Source of the DNA: Eledone cirrhosa
Taxonomy: Eukaryota
DNA: 64,000 nucleotides
Assembly (NCBI GenBank): GCA_964016885.1
Contig: OZ024742.1
Span: forward strand, 31,806,001-31,870,000
Reading direction: 5' to 3'
The notes beneath the pieces are model-generated. The model saw nothing but the letters and a program-made list of their open reading frames with translations, was not told where the DNA came from and did not search any database. Shown piece by piece: positions 1-13,519 of the stretch (its first letter is position 1; every line of letters begins with the position of its first letter). The position numbers and the translations under genes are program-made.

Positions 1-13
1 CTCTCTCTCCTCT

Positions 14-336
14 TTTTACGTCCACTTTTCCATGCTTGCAAGGGTTGGACGGGAACTGATTCTGGCTTGATTTCTACAGCTGGATGCCCTTCCTAACACC
101 AACCTCATTTACAGTGAGTGCTGGGTGCTTTTTTGCCGTGGCACCTCCACGACCACTTTGCAGTGGAATGATAGGGACCCCAGTCCCTATCTTCTCATTT
201 CTACAGCTGAGTAAACTGGAGCAATGTGAAATAAAGTGCCTTGCTCAAGGAAACAACACATCACCCGGTCTGAGAATTGAACTCACAACCTTTCGATTGC
301 AAGGCCAATGCTCTAACCACTAAACCATGTGCCTCC
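14..336 (-). mobile_element. tRNA-derived SINE, family A
   Basis: Reverse complement begins GGAGGCACATGG-TTAGTGG (A box)...GTTCAATTC (B box) and ends in an RTE-like GGACGTAAAA tail. Five near-identical copies in the window. Confidence 0.88.
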
Positions 337-1541
337 TACTAAGTTAATAAATGAGTACAAAACTCTACTGGGTGTTATTTGTAAAACTATCCTCTTTTTA
401 CTTTCTCTCGGGTCCCAAATAATAGGGTGTGGGGAATAAGTGTTGGGTGGGGGAGTTGGAAAATTGGTAATTTTTCTTGATTGTCTCTTTTGATTAGTTG
501 TTTTGTTTACATATTGAGACCCCAAATCATTCTATTTATTTTATGGGATTCCTAGAAATATACTTTTTTGGTCATGTATAATGTTTTTTTAAAGTATAAA
601 GAAAAATTTCACCAGAGATAGATTAGCAAAATTTAATAAGTGGGGTGGGATGGGGTGTTGGAAAAAATTTGAAAAATTAATAAGCAGGGTGAGGGGTGGA
701 GTCAATTATTCGAGACCCAAGAGTAAATATTCTGACCAAAATTCAGTGAAAAACATTGGTGTCACTCTCTTCAAATCTCTCAATACAGGTTAAGGGTTTA
801 AGGGTCAGTCTGTCTCATCGTCTTGGTAGAGGACAGGATGGAGAAGGCATTGACCCCCCCCCAAGGGGAATGAGGGAAACATGGTGGAACAGCCACTATA
901 TCTCACAGGGGTCTTACTTATGGGCAGCTAACTCAATTCTGATAGCAGTGAGAAAGGATGTGGTCTGAGAGGAGGGTGGCAAGAATGCTGGAAGTCTCCA
1001 CTGTCACTAGCTCCACCATGACACAGGCTCCACCATATAGTTTTTATTTAAAATTATGTCCGAAGATTTTAATTTAAACTGGAATCCTTTAATGTGAGGG
1101 GGGGCGGGGGAGTCATAGAACCAGAGCCTGTTTTGGCTGGGTTAATACTGAATATGTTAATGATCACATTTTCCTGTGTCTGTCTGGTACCTAGCTCATT
1201 ACAGGCCTTAATCTCTCTCCCCCTCATATATATAATAATCATCATCATCGTCTATCTTCCATGCTAGAATGGGTTAGACAGGTTTGTTCCATTTAGAGGC
1301 AAGTTGGGTCGGGTGACCGTGTCTCGCTCATATAAGGGTGTTCCTGGCTCATTTTCTACAGCTGGATGTCCTTCCTAATGCCAACTACATTGACAGATAG
1401 TGTGTGCTGGGTGCTTTTTGCCATGTCTTTTACATGTCCACTTTACAGTGTGGACTGGGTGTTTTGTGGTACCAGCATAATATACATATACCATATATAT
1501 GTAATATACATACACATATCATACATATACATACAAGCATC

Positions 1542-1572
<31 letters not shown>

Positions 1573-1802
1573 AATATATCATCAACCTTGTCGATATATA
1601 TATATATATATACATATATACATTCGGTATACAAGGATGCAATTCACTTGTAGCACTCAACGTCATATTACTTCCTTAAAACAAGGATGAAAAATTCACA
1701 GTATCTATCGTCATTGAAATATGTATAATGGCTCAATTAATAAAGGACCCTAACATCTTCAACTTCTCATTTTCCTCTTTATCATATATATATATATATA
1801 TA

Positions 1803-2282
1803 TAATAATGAAATGATTGTGTACAGTGCTCAGGTGCACTACAACTTGTCAAAGGTGTATGTATAGTACATAGAATAATATACAAATGTCAGGGAAGTGA
1901 ATAGTGTATGAGTCATGATATACATGTGTGTGCGTGTGTATGGAGGGGGGATATCAGGTGTAGTGTTGGCGAATCTCAGGAAGCATGGAGGCCTTAAAGG
2001 ATGCAGTGTCTCGACAGCTAACAACTGATGCAGGTAGTTTGTTCCATGCTTCAGCAACTCTGCTCAGGGTTGTTGGCAAGATGGTTAATAATTTTGTGGG
2101 TGTTTACTAAGTCAGTTGCCAGACGTCGGAACTTCAATGTATCCATGCCCAGGGAAGCAAGGCGTTCAGAGTATGATAGATGCCTGATGGAGGGTATTCG
2201 CTTGGTTGCACATCTCTGAACAGTTTCCAGGCGTTCAATGTTCTGAGCAAGATAGGGGTTCCAGACTGGTGATGCAAATTCT
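1803..2282 (-). mobile_element. CR1/L2-like LINE 3' fragment
   Basis: Minus strand reads ASPVWNPYLAQNIERLETVQRCATKRIP...SYSERL..., followed by a 3' UTR shared with 59070-59490. Internal deletion near 2065. Confidence 0.8.
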
Positions 2283-2406
2283 AAGTCAAAACGGCTTGAG
2301 CTCTGCCGTCGGGGTCATACCTTTTCCTATCACCCACTCTACTACCCTAAGTATTGAGTACTCTGGTGCGTTATGGTCCACCTGGTTCCTTACCACAATT
2401 CCCTCG

Positions 2407-2450
<44 letters not shown>

Positions 2451-3316
2451 AACTCGGAAAAGTGGAATATACATATACTCTCACAACCAGCTTCAGAAAA
2501 ACACTCACCTATATATATATATATGTGTGTGTGTAATATATATATCTATAATATGCGTATGGTATATATATATATATATATATACACTCAGAGAAACAGA
2601 GATGTGCTGGGGAGGGGGGGGTCTACCCAGGCAACTGCCACCTCTTTTCTTCACAAAATAAAAACTTATATTCTGTTCGCCCTGTATTGGGTGCTTCTCC
2701 ACTTTGACCCTTCTATGTATGCATGTGCATAAAATACCCCATTGTACATATATATATATATTATATATATATATATCTATATATATATATATATATCCTC
2801 TCTTTCTTTTATTCACTCTCCTGCCTTCTTTCTCTCTCTCTCTCTCTCTCTTTCTATCTCTTCCCCTTCCACACCCATACACCAACTATCACTACCTTTC
2901 TCTCTCCCTCTCTCTCGCCACCAGCACCCTCTACTCTTAGTCACTCTTTTTCCTCTATCTCCCCCCCCTCTTCTAAATCTTTTATCACCTTCCTTCCTAT
3001 CTCTCCCACTCACCCCACCCCCATCCTTCACCTGCACTATCTCTTCCAAACACCACCACCACTACTACTACCACCTCTACCACCACCACCACCACCACCA
3101 CCACTACTACTATCACTACCACTACTGTTACTAGAACAACAGTCTGCCATGCTGTGTGTAGTATTGAGCTGAAAGAAAAGAAAAGTGAGATTTAAAAAAC
3201 AAAAACACAGACAGCCAGCCAGACGGACGGACAGACAGATCTAACCTGTCCTTTAATATATTTGGATTCCATTTATATATATACATATATATATATTAAT
3301 ACATCTACTCACACAC

Positions 3317-3347
<31 letters not shown>

Positions 3348-3820
3348 TACACACACATATATCTACACATCTACTTTCTTCAAAGTATGGAGTACTAAGT
3401 TGAATAATGGCCTTGCTGGTCTATAATTGATAACATCTTCACCACATACACACATATATATATATACACACACATAGATACATACACACACACACACACA
3501 TATATATATATACATACAAATACACATATATACACACACACATAGATACATACACACACACACATATATATATACATACATATATACACACACACACATA
3601 TATACATACACACACACACATATATATATATATATACATATACACACACACATAGATACATACACACACACACACACATATATATATATACATACATATA
3701 CACACACACACACATACATATATATATACACATGCACCTGCGCACTGTACATAATAATTTTCATTATATATAACACACACTCATAACACACACACATATA
3801 TATATACACATAGATTGACA

Positions 3821-3844
3821 CACGTGTGTGTTACCTGTATAAAA
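3821..3844 (+). promoter_or_regulatory. Putative promoter: CACGTG E-box (3821-3826) and TATAAAA box (3838-3844)
   Basis: Motifs lie about 60-80 bp upstream of the ATG at 3903. Motif-only evidence. Confidence 0.35.
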
Positions 3845-3902
3845 CACGGTGCACTCTACTCCGCCGTGTAGTGGGGGGGTGTCTGCCTATGTTTTGGCTG
3901 GC

Positions 3903-3998
3903 ATGGAGGAAGAGGAAGAGGAGAATGAGGTGGATTTTACCTATGAAGAGGATAGAACTGGTTCATCTTCTGATATTACTCTATCTACTGTATTTCAG
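3903..3998 (+). CDS. Candidate first or alternative coding exon (MEEEEEENEVDFTYEEDRTGSSSDITLSTVFQ), probably spliced to the DAPK ankyrin exons
   Basis: Island of unique sequence between microsatellites. ATG at 3903 in good context (ggcATGG), 32 open codons, perfect CAG|GTGAGT donor at 3998/3999 in phase 0, matching the phase-0 acceptor at 30567. Confidence 0.55.
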
Positions 3999-4019
3999 GT
4001 GAGTTTACCTGCCATAGAT

Positions 4020-6050
4020 TCCACAACAACAACAACAACATCATACTCATCATCATCATCATCATCTACTGTGACACCATCACCACTAACATCACCACTA
4101 ACAATAACAATAGTGACATCACCAACACCACCACCACTAACAATAACAGTGACATCACAACACCACCACCACCCACAACTTCACCACCAACACCATCACC
4201 ACTAACAATAACTGACATCACAACACCACCAACACCCACAACTTCACCACCAACACCATCACCACTAACACCACCACCACTAACATCACCACTAACAATA
4301 ACTGACATCACAACACCACCACCACTAACTTCACCACCAACACCATCACCACTAACAATAACAGTGACATCACAACACCACCAACAACACCACCACCACT
4401 AACAATAACAGTGACATCACAACACCACCACCCACAACATCACCACCACCACTAACACCACCACCACCACCACTAACAATAACAGTGACATCACAACACC
4501 ACCACCCACAACATCACCACCACCACTAACACCACCACCATCACCACTAACAATAACAGTGACATCACAACACCACCACCCACAACATCACCACCACCAC
4601 CACTAACACCACCACCACCACCACTAACAATAACAGTGACATCACAACACCACCACCCACAACATCACCACCACCAACACCACCACCACCACTAACATCA
4701 TCACCACTAACAATAACAGTGACATCACAACACCACCACCCACAACATCACCACCACCACCACTAACACCACCACCACCACCACTAACAATAACAGTGAC
4801 ATCACAACACCACCAACAACACCGATTAAAAAGAAGTGACACCACCACCAACAATAACAAAAACAAGTGACACCATCACCACCAACATCAACATCATCAC
4901 CATACCACAATACTCCCACCACCCCCACCATCAACACTACCACTAACAACACCCCTCATACCACCATACCACCCCCAACCCCCATACTACCATACCACCA
5001 CTAACAACACCCCTCATACCACCATACCACCACCAACCCCCATACTACCACTAACAACACCCCTCATACCACCATACCACCCCCCAACCCCCATACTACC
5101 ATACCACCACTAACAACACCCCTCATACCACCATACCACCCCCAACCCCCATACTACCACTAACACCCCTCATACCACCATACCACCACCAACCCCCATA
5201 CTACCATACCACCACTAACACCCCTCATACCACCATACCACCACCAACCCCCATACTACCATACCACCACTAACACCCCCCATACCACCACTAACAACAA
5301 CCCTCATACCACCACCAACCCCCATACCACCATACCACCACTAACACCCCCCATACCACCACTAACAACACCCCTCATACCACCATACCACCACCAACCC
5401 CCATACTACCACTAACAACACCCCTCATACCACCATACCACCCCCAACCCCCATACTACCACTAACACCCCTCATACCACCATACCACCCCCAACCCCCA
5501 TACTACCATACCACCACTAACAACACCCCTCATACCACCATACCACCACCAACCCCCATACCACCATACCACCACTAACAACACCCCCCATACCACCACT
5601 AACAACACCCCCCATACCACCACTAACAACACCCCTCATACCACCATACCACCCCCAACCCCCATACTACCATACCACCACTAACAACACCCCTCATACC
5701 ACCATACCACCACCAACCCCCATACCACCATACCACCACTAACAACACCCCCCATACCACCACTAACAACACCCCCCATACCACCACTAACAACACCCCC
5801 CATACCACCACTAACAACACCCCTCATACCACCATACCACCCCCAACCCCCATACTACCATACCACCACTAACAACACCCCTCATACCACCATACCACCA
5901 CCAACCCCCATACTACCATACCACCACTAACAACACCCCCCATACCACCACTAACAACACCCCTCATACCACCATACCACCCCCAACCCCCACCTCCCAT
6001 ACCACCATACCACCCCCCACCTCCCATACCACCATACCACCACCACCAAC
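4020..6050. repeat. Two adjacent CA-rich (cac/acc) degenerate minisatellites
   Basis: Direct inspection; the unit changes at about 4900. Confidence 0.9.
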
Positions 6051-6138
6051 CATGTGGTTTCAATGTCAGTCCCACTATGTGCTACCTTTGCCTTTCATTG
6101 ATTAATATCTTGAGTAAAATTTGGTAGTTGCAAGTTTG

Positions 6139-6179
<41 letters not shown>

Positions 6180-6255
6180 CCCATCTTGACGTTATAGTCG
6201 CATATATGTTATAGAATGCCGTTAGCTTCTTGCTAAAACAATCTCTATACCTCTC

Positions 6256-6324
<69 letters not shown>

Positions 6325-6453
6325 CAAGATTCAATGAGTACATCAAAGAATGAGTTTTACAGTAGACTGGAAGCACTCTACAGCAGATATTTTCCAGAGT
6401 TATTAATATTAATTCAAATATTAACAAAATAGATATTCTTGTGATCAATTAAA

Positions 6454-6516
6454 TTTTATTATACATATTTCAGAGGTACTGAATTAAGATCAACAGTACG
6501 TCCTCATCAGATAAAA
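6454..6516 (-). ncRNA. Type I hammerhead ribozyme motif
   Basis: Minus strand: ttttat-CTGATGA-ggacgtactg...cagtacctct-GAAA-t-atgt-ATA-ataaaa. Stem I ttttat/ataaaa; stem II gtactg/cagtac. Confidence 0.7.
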
Positions 6517-6587
6517 TAAAATGATACATGACATACCCTGACATGGTAGATGGTTAAGATTTAATCAAGGTAGCACCTTGATTAAAT

Positions 6588-6650
6588 CTTATTCTGATGA
6601 GGACGTACTGTTGAACTTAATTCAGTACCTCTGAAATATGTATAATAAAA
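6588..6650 (+). ncRNA. Type I hammerhead ribozyme motif (mirror copy, 1-nt stem I bulge)
   Basis: CTGATGA at 6594-6600, GAAA at 6633-6636; inverted copy of 6454-6516. Confidence 0.6.
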
Positions 6651-6691
6651 TTTAATTGATCACAAGAATATCTATTTTGTTAATATTTGAA

Positions 6692-6730
<39 letters not shown>

Positions 6731-7829
6731 GTATTTATCCTAGTTGTGGTATAACTATGGCCTTATGTATTTGATCCCTTTTCTTGGTGTCATTTTCTTA
6801 ACTTTGTATTCACTCTGGCCTAAAATGTATCAAATTTTCAAACCATTGAGTGATTTGTGACTGATTAAAGTTTAAACAATTTCTGCTTTCACCCTAAAGC
6901 AGGATCTTCTGAAACTTAGATATATCAATCCATAAACACCCATTAAGTCCCCTCTGGATTTTTGTCTTTGTATTTATTATTATTACTATATATATATAAT
7001 ATATATATATTCCAAACCCATGCAAGCGTGGAAGATGGACGTTAAACGATGATGATGATATAATATATATAATATATATGTGTATATATATATATATATA
7101 TAATGAAGGAAGTGTGGTAAGGAACCAGATGGACCATAACGCACCAGAGTACTCAATACTTTGAGTAGTAGAGTGGGTAATAGGAAAATGTTCAAGACCC
7201 CGACAGCAGAGCTCAAGCCGCTTCGGCGACTATTTCTGGACAGTCCAGAAATAGCCATTGAAACAGCTTGAGCTCTGCCGTCGGGGTCTTGAACATTTTC
7301 CTATATATATATGTGTGTGTATTTATATGTATATATATGTATGTGTGTGTATTTATATGTATCTATATGTATGTGTGTGTATTTATATGTATCTATATAT
7401 GTGTGTGTGTATTTATATGTATATATATGTGTGTGTGTGTGTATTTATATGTATATATATGTGTGTGTGTGTATTTATATGTATATATATATGTGTGTGT
7501 GTGTGTGTATTTATATGTATGTGTGTATGTGTGTATTTATATGTATATATATGTATGTGTGTATTTATATGTATATATATGTGTGTGTGTATTTATATGT
7601 ATATGTGTGTGTGTGTGTATTTATATGTATGTGTGTATGTGTGTATTTATATGTATATATATGTATGTGTGTATTTATATGTATATATATGTGTGTGTGT
7701 GTGTATTTATATGTATGTATATATATATATATATATATCATTTAATGTCCACATTCTCTACTAGCAAGGGTTGGACGGGTCTACAGGGACTAAGTCAGTA
7801 CTGAAGTGGGGCTATATACATTATTTATA

Positions 7830-8439
7830 TATATAAAACTGAGGATGTCTGTCTCTGTGTGTCTGTGAGTTTGAATCCCTAAAACTTGAGAAGTACCCAA
7901 CCGATTTCTTTCAAACTTTACATGTGTGTTACTTATGTTTCAGAGAGTGTTATGCACATAAAAAGATTCAACTTTTTGATCCCCTAGGTCATGCATAAGG
8001 TGAAAAACTGCGTTTTTTTTCAGCTTTTTATGGGTTTTTTTAGGCACGATTTCCTTGAAATTGTAACTATGTATTAGTCAGTCTCTTCTTCATACCGTGA
8101 GCAAAGAAACTCCAACTTTTTTATGGCCTAGGGCCTGCATTAGGTGAAAAACTTCATTTTTTTCAGCTTTTTAGGGCTTTTTTGAGGCGTTACGTCTAGC
8201 CGATTTTCCCGAAATTTCAAGGCATATGTGCATAAAAAAAATTCTTGATCCCCTAAGGCCCACATTAGGTAAAAACCTGCATTTTTCCTGCTTCATCGAG
8301 GAAAATTATCCAGCCATCAGAGTATTCGGTTTATTTTATTTACATATGGTCCAGGCATGCAGTTTTTCCACGATTAGGTCTGTTGGCGGCCCGCATTCCA
8401 AAATACCTTAAACCGTGCAACGCCAGGTACCACTGCTAG
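7830..8439 (+). mobile_element. Non-autonomous Helitron-like element
   Basis: tatataaaa start followed by a (tgtc)n tract; ends with GC-rich ccgtgcaacgccagg and CTAG|T. Confidence 0.6.
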
Positions 8440-8527
8440 TAATATATATATATATATAAGTATATATGTTAAGTATTTCCATAGAAAAGGTAAAGGAAAG
8501 AAGAGTGCTCTATGTATAGTACAGAGC

Positions 8528-8601
8528 TATTTCATCTGATGAATGGGTTGGACGTTTCTGTAAGGATCGTCTAGTTTCTTGAAACTTTGGGTAATGGAAT
8601 A
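8528..8601 (+). ncRNA. Type I hammerhead ribozyme motif
   Basis: tatttcat-CTGATGA-...tggacg/cgtcta...-GAAAC-tttgg-GTA-atggaata. 8-bp stem I, GUA cleavage triplet. Confidence 0.72.
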
Positions 8602-9574
8602 ATTATATTGTGTTGTTTAATATATAATTAAATAATATATATGTGTGTATATATCTATATATATATTAGCTGTACGCCAGTTGCTTAGCTAATAATGTCT
8701 TATTCAATAGGATTTTTATCTTGAATGATTTAAATTTTAAAGCAGATATCATTGTCATCATCATCATCATCATCACACGTCACCTTTCCCTGCTAGTAAG
8801 TAAACCAACTTAAGAAGAAAGTAAAAAAAGTTGCATGTGGTCATAAAAAGTAAGTAGCGTAATCTAGCAACAATCAACAATAACATCAACATAACTGACA
8901 CCACCACCATCACCTCCATCACTACCAACACTATCACCTCTACCATCACAACCACCATCATCACCTCCAACACCATCACCTCCACCAACAATACCACCAC
9001 AACCATCACTACCTTCACAACCACCAACAAGAGCAAAAACAAACGAATCTCCCTCAAATCACACCCTATCACTTAAAACAGGTCATATTTACTTTAATGT
9101 CCAAGATAAGTCAATCATACACTTGTACACACAAACACACCCATATACACACCACATGCACAGGCCCCCACCCACAGGCTTGCATACACATCCACACACA
9201 AACATGCATGCATAGATAGATACACACACAGACACTTAGTGTGGAAGATAGCTGTTAAACGATGATGATGATATATATATATATAGTTATGTGATAAACA
9301 ACACAAGATAATTATTTCATTTACCAGTGGTTTCTTGAAGACAGATGCTAGATCTGTTTTCAGTTGTCAGAAACGACTGAAAACAGATTTAGCATCTGCT
9401 TTCAAGAAACCACTGGTAAATGAAATAATTATCTTTTGTTGTTTATTACATAACTAATAAGCTCTGTAGCCTACATAGAGCACTCTTTTTTCCTGTACCT
9501 TTCTCATGGAATTACTTCACATATATATATATCATCACCACCACCACTGTATATATATATATACACAAATACAC

Positions 9575-9787
9575 AATAGGGGGTGCCGAAAAGTCCCTGG
9601 CTTCAAAGGTACACAGAGGCCTGGCTGGAGGCCCAGCCTTCCCAGTTCCTTTTAAAGGGCTTAGAAAACCTGAAGGACCACTGCAATAAGTGTGAATCTG
9701 AGAGGAATATGTTGAATAAAATCATAGTTAACTGATCCTCCTGTATTTTCTCTTACCCAAAGACAGGAATTTTTCAGCACCCCTTGT
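9575..9787. mobile_element. Mariner-like MITE
   Basis: Imperfect TIRs aggggtgccgaaaagtccctggct / agacaggaatttttcagcacccct. Confidence 0.55.
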
Positions 9788-10007
9788 TTATATATATCCA
9801 CACACACACACACATAATTATTCAGTATACATTTGTCTATTTTTTCTTCATACTTATAATTTACATTTAGCCCCAATTAATTGATAATTTATTTAGTTAA
9901 TTTCTCTGGACTAAGAAGAAAGGTTAGGTAAAATTTATCTGCCTGTTCTTCACACTTTTATATATATATATATATATAGTTATGTAATAAACAACATAAG
10001 ATAATTA

Positions 10008-10065
10008 TTTCATTTACCAGTGGTTTCTTGAAAGCAACCAAAATTGTTCATTCATCAGAATGAAA
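10008..10065 (-). ncRNA. Type I hammerhead ribozyme motif
   Basis: Minus strand: tttcatt-CTGATGA-atgaacaa...ttgctttcaa-GAAAC-cactg-GTA-aatgaaa. Confidence 0.72.
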
Positions 10066-10119
10066 AAATCCTGGTGTCTTTATTGACAGTGGATTTGAAA
10101 AACAAAAATATAACAGATA

Positions 10120-10161
<42 letters not shown>

Positions 10162-10544
10162 CTTGCAAGCAGGGAAAAGCAGATGTAAAATGATGATGAT
10201 GATTTCTATGTATGTATATATATATGCTAGCGTGGAAAATGGATGTTAAATAATGATGATATATATATATACATATATACATGCATATATATGATGAACA
10301 CGCACACATAAAAACAAGTGCATGCAAAGAGTGCAACCAAGGAGTCTGGCATCTGGTCAGTGTTGTTGTCTGGCCATGTGCCAGACTTCTGCTGGCATGG
10401 AGGTAACAATAACAACACTAAAACCACTTGATCAACCTGCTTAGATCAGCAATCAAATCTATTTCCCTATATGCTGTCCACTAGAAATAGCAGCCAGATT
10501 TCCCTCGAATGATACCCTCCCATCTAACATATAGAATACATTGA

Positions 10545-10745
10545 ACATTTTAGCAGTGGAGACTTCTGGTGTCCTTGGCCCTAGGACCACCTCCCTATTC
10601 CCCACTATCAGCACGGAGTTGGCTACCTGCAGGTGTAAGCATGCAAGCTGGAATATCTCTTCCAAGGCGTCTCCCTCACCGTTCTCTAGGGGAAACACCT
10701 TCTCTATTCTGTCCGCTGAGGCTGTGGAGCAGCCAGTGCATGAGC
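10545..10745 (+). mobile_element. C-terminal remnant of a restriction-like-endonuclease (CRE-like) non-LTR retrotransposon
   Basis: LAVETSGVLGP...(frameshift)...LEYLFQGVSLTVL...RGNTFSIL resembles the AVETxGxxG...LxQRLSLAVQRGNxxxIL end of CRE elements. Confidence 0.6.
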
Positions 10746-10764
10746 CTACATTTGCTTATAATAG

Positions 10765-12392
10765 TGAGAGATGGGAGAGTGAGAGACGGAGGAGGCAGGG
10801 AGTGAAAGGGAGAGATGGGAGAGAGTGAGAGAGACGGAGGAGGCAGGGAGTGAAAGGGAGAGATGGGAGAGTGAGAGGCAGGGAGTGAATGGGAGAGTGA
10901 GAGGCAGGGAGTGAGAGAGATGGAGGAGGCTGGGAGAGTGAGAGACGGAGGAGGCAGGGAGTGAATGGGAGAGATGGGAGAGTGAGAGGCAGGGAGAGAT
11001 GGGAGAGAGTGAGAGAGATGGAGGAAGCAGGGAGAGATGGGAGAGTGAGAGACGGAGGAGGCAGGGAGTGAATGGGAGAGATGGGAGAGTGAGAGGCAGG
11101 GAGTGAAAGGGAGAGATGGGAGAGAGTGAGAGAGATGGAGGAGGCTGGGAGAGTGAGAGACGGAGGAGGCAGGGAGTGAAAGGGGAGATGTGAGAGGCAG
11201 GGAGTGAAAGTGCGAGAGACGGAGGAGGCAGGGAGTGAATGGGAGAGTGAGAGGCAGGGAGTGAAAGGGAGAGATGGGAGAGTGAGAGGCAGGGAGTGAA
11301 AGGGAGAGATGGGAGAGTGAGACGGAGGAGGCAGGGAGTGAAAGGGGAGATGTGAGAGGCAGGGAGTGAAAGGGAGAGATGGGAGAGAGTGAGAGAGATG
11401 GAGGAGGCAGGGAGAGATGGGAGAGTGAGAGACGGAGGAGGCAGGGAGTGAAAGGGAGAGTGAGAGAGACGGAGGAGGCAGGGAGATATGGGAGAGAGTG
11501 AGAGAGACGGAGGAGGCAGGGTGTGAAAGGGAGAGATGGGAGAGAGAGAGAGAGAGAGACGGAGGAGGCAGGGAGTGAAAGGGAGAGACGGAGGAGGCAG
11601 GGAGAGATGGGAGAGTGAGAGACGGAGGAGGCAGGGAGTGAGAGAGACGGAGGAGGCAGGGAGTGAAAGGGAGAGATGGGAGAGAGTGAGAGAGACGGAG
11701 GAGGCAGGGAGTGAAAGGGAGAGACGGGAGAGTGAGAGAGACGGAGGAGGCAGGGAGTGAAAGGGAGAGATGGGAGAGTGAGAGACGGAGGCAGGGAGTG
11801 AATGGGAGAGAGTGAGAGAGACGGAGGAGGCAGGGAGAGATGTGAGAGAGTGAGAGAGACGGAGGAGGCAGGGAGAGATGGGAGAGAGTGAGAGAGACGG
11901 AGGAGGCAGGGAGGGAAAGGGAGAGAGTGAGAGAGACGGAGGAGGCAGGGAGTGAAAGTGAGAGACGGAGGAGGCAGGGAGTGAAAGGGAGAGATGGGAG
12001 AGACGGAGGAGGCAGGGAGTGAAAGGGAGAGATGGGAGAGTGAGAGAGACGGAGGAGGCAGGGAGAGATGGGAGAGAGTGAGAGAGACGGAGGAGGCAGG
12101 GAGGGAAAGGGAGAGAGTAAGAGAGACGGAGGAGGCAGAGAGTGAAAGGGAGAGATGGGAGAGAGTGAGAGACGGAGGAGGCAGGGAGTGAAAGGGAGAG
12201 ATGGGAGAGACGGAGGAGGCAGGGAGTGAAAGGGAGAGATGGGAGAGTGAGAGAGACGGAGGAGGGAGAGATGGGGAGAGTGAGAGACGGAGGAGGCAGG
12301 GACTGAAAGGGAGAGATGGGAGAGAGTGAGCGAGACGGAGGAGACAGGGAGTGAAAGGGAGAGACGGAGGAAGCAGTGAGTGAAAGAGAGAG
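10765..12392. repeat. Purine-rich (GA) degenerate minisatellite
   Basis: gagacggaggaggcagggagtgaaagggagagatgg modules. Confidence 0.92.
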
Positions 12393-13519
12393 AACATCAA
12401 CACTTATTTACTCATTGAACCATGTAGTCCAAGGTAGACAGACATAGGATGGTGTTTGTGTGTCTAGAAATACATTGAACTTCATAAACTCAACATTTAT
12501 AAAATAGGGGCTCCACAAACAATTTGTTATACCATTTACTCTTTTTAGGGTTTCCCAGACTGATGGGAAGGAAGGGGCAGTATATATGACCCTGTTTAGG
12601 GTTTCAAAGATTGGTGGGAAGGAAGGAACTATTAGAAATAGCAGTTAAATTTCCCTCAAATCACACTCTACTGTCTTGAAAAAGTAGTGGGAGGGTGCAG
12701 GATGTTCATGGTTGACCTAGGGTTAAAACAACATCATCACCAATACTATTTCCACTATCACCTCTCTTCTATTTACTAACTTTTATTGCCCTTCATTCAT
12801 AGATATACTACAACTGTGTCTAGTTCAGTCTGTGTGTGTCTATGTATGTGCGATGTATATATGTGTGTCTCTGTATATGTGTGTGTGCGTAATTCTGTGT
12901 TCCTATATATATGTGTGTTTCTGCATGTGTGTATGCATCTATGTATATATGTATGTGTCTATGTATATGGGTTTGTGAGTGTGTGGCAATGCATATATCT
13001 GGGAGTTTGTGTATGTATCTATGTAAGGCCATGTGCCTTTGTGTCTGTATGCATTCGTGTCTGTCAGTGTGTGTGTGTATCTCTATACTTGTCTGTGTGT
13101 CTGTTTATGTGTGTGTATCTGTGTGTCTGTCTGTCAGTGTGTGCATGTGTGTCTGTCTAAATACCTTTGCCTATTATTTCCTACATCCCTCACCCTCTTT
13201 CTCCCTCTCTCTTCCCCCTTCCTCTCTCCCCACCTCTCTCTTGCCCTTTATTTTACTCAGTAGTCACATACACAGCCCTGCAACATGTATTATCACCACC
13301 ACCACAGTAACAACAACAACTATAAATTATATATAGAAACATTGTAATACATAATTCCACCCATTAATTTTCTGATAAACTGTAATTAGCTATTTAATAC
13401 CTGTCTTACATAATGAACGGTGTAGCGGTCTTGGTCAAGTGATAGTGTCTCAGGGAGTTGAGGTAGGGATCTGGTTTCAATCTCTTCTGCAAGCCATTTC
13501 ACTTATGTTAATAATAGTT

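Noticed and set aside
84-323. Recurrent 79-aa ORF MPFLTPTSF... in five places
   Set aside because: Antisense reading of SINE family A; conserved only because the copies are young.
10676-12403. 575-aa Ser/Pro/Leu ORF on the minus strand
   Set aside because: Translation of a CT-rich minisatellite that lacks stop codons.
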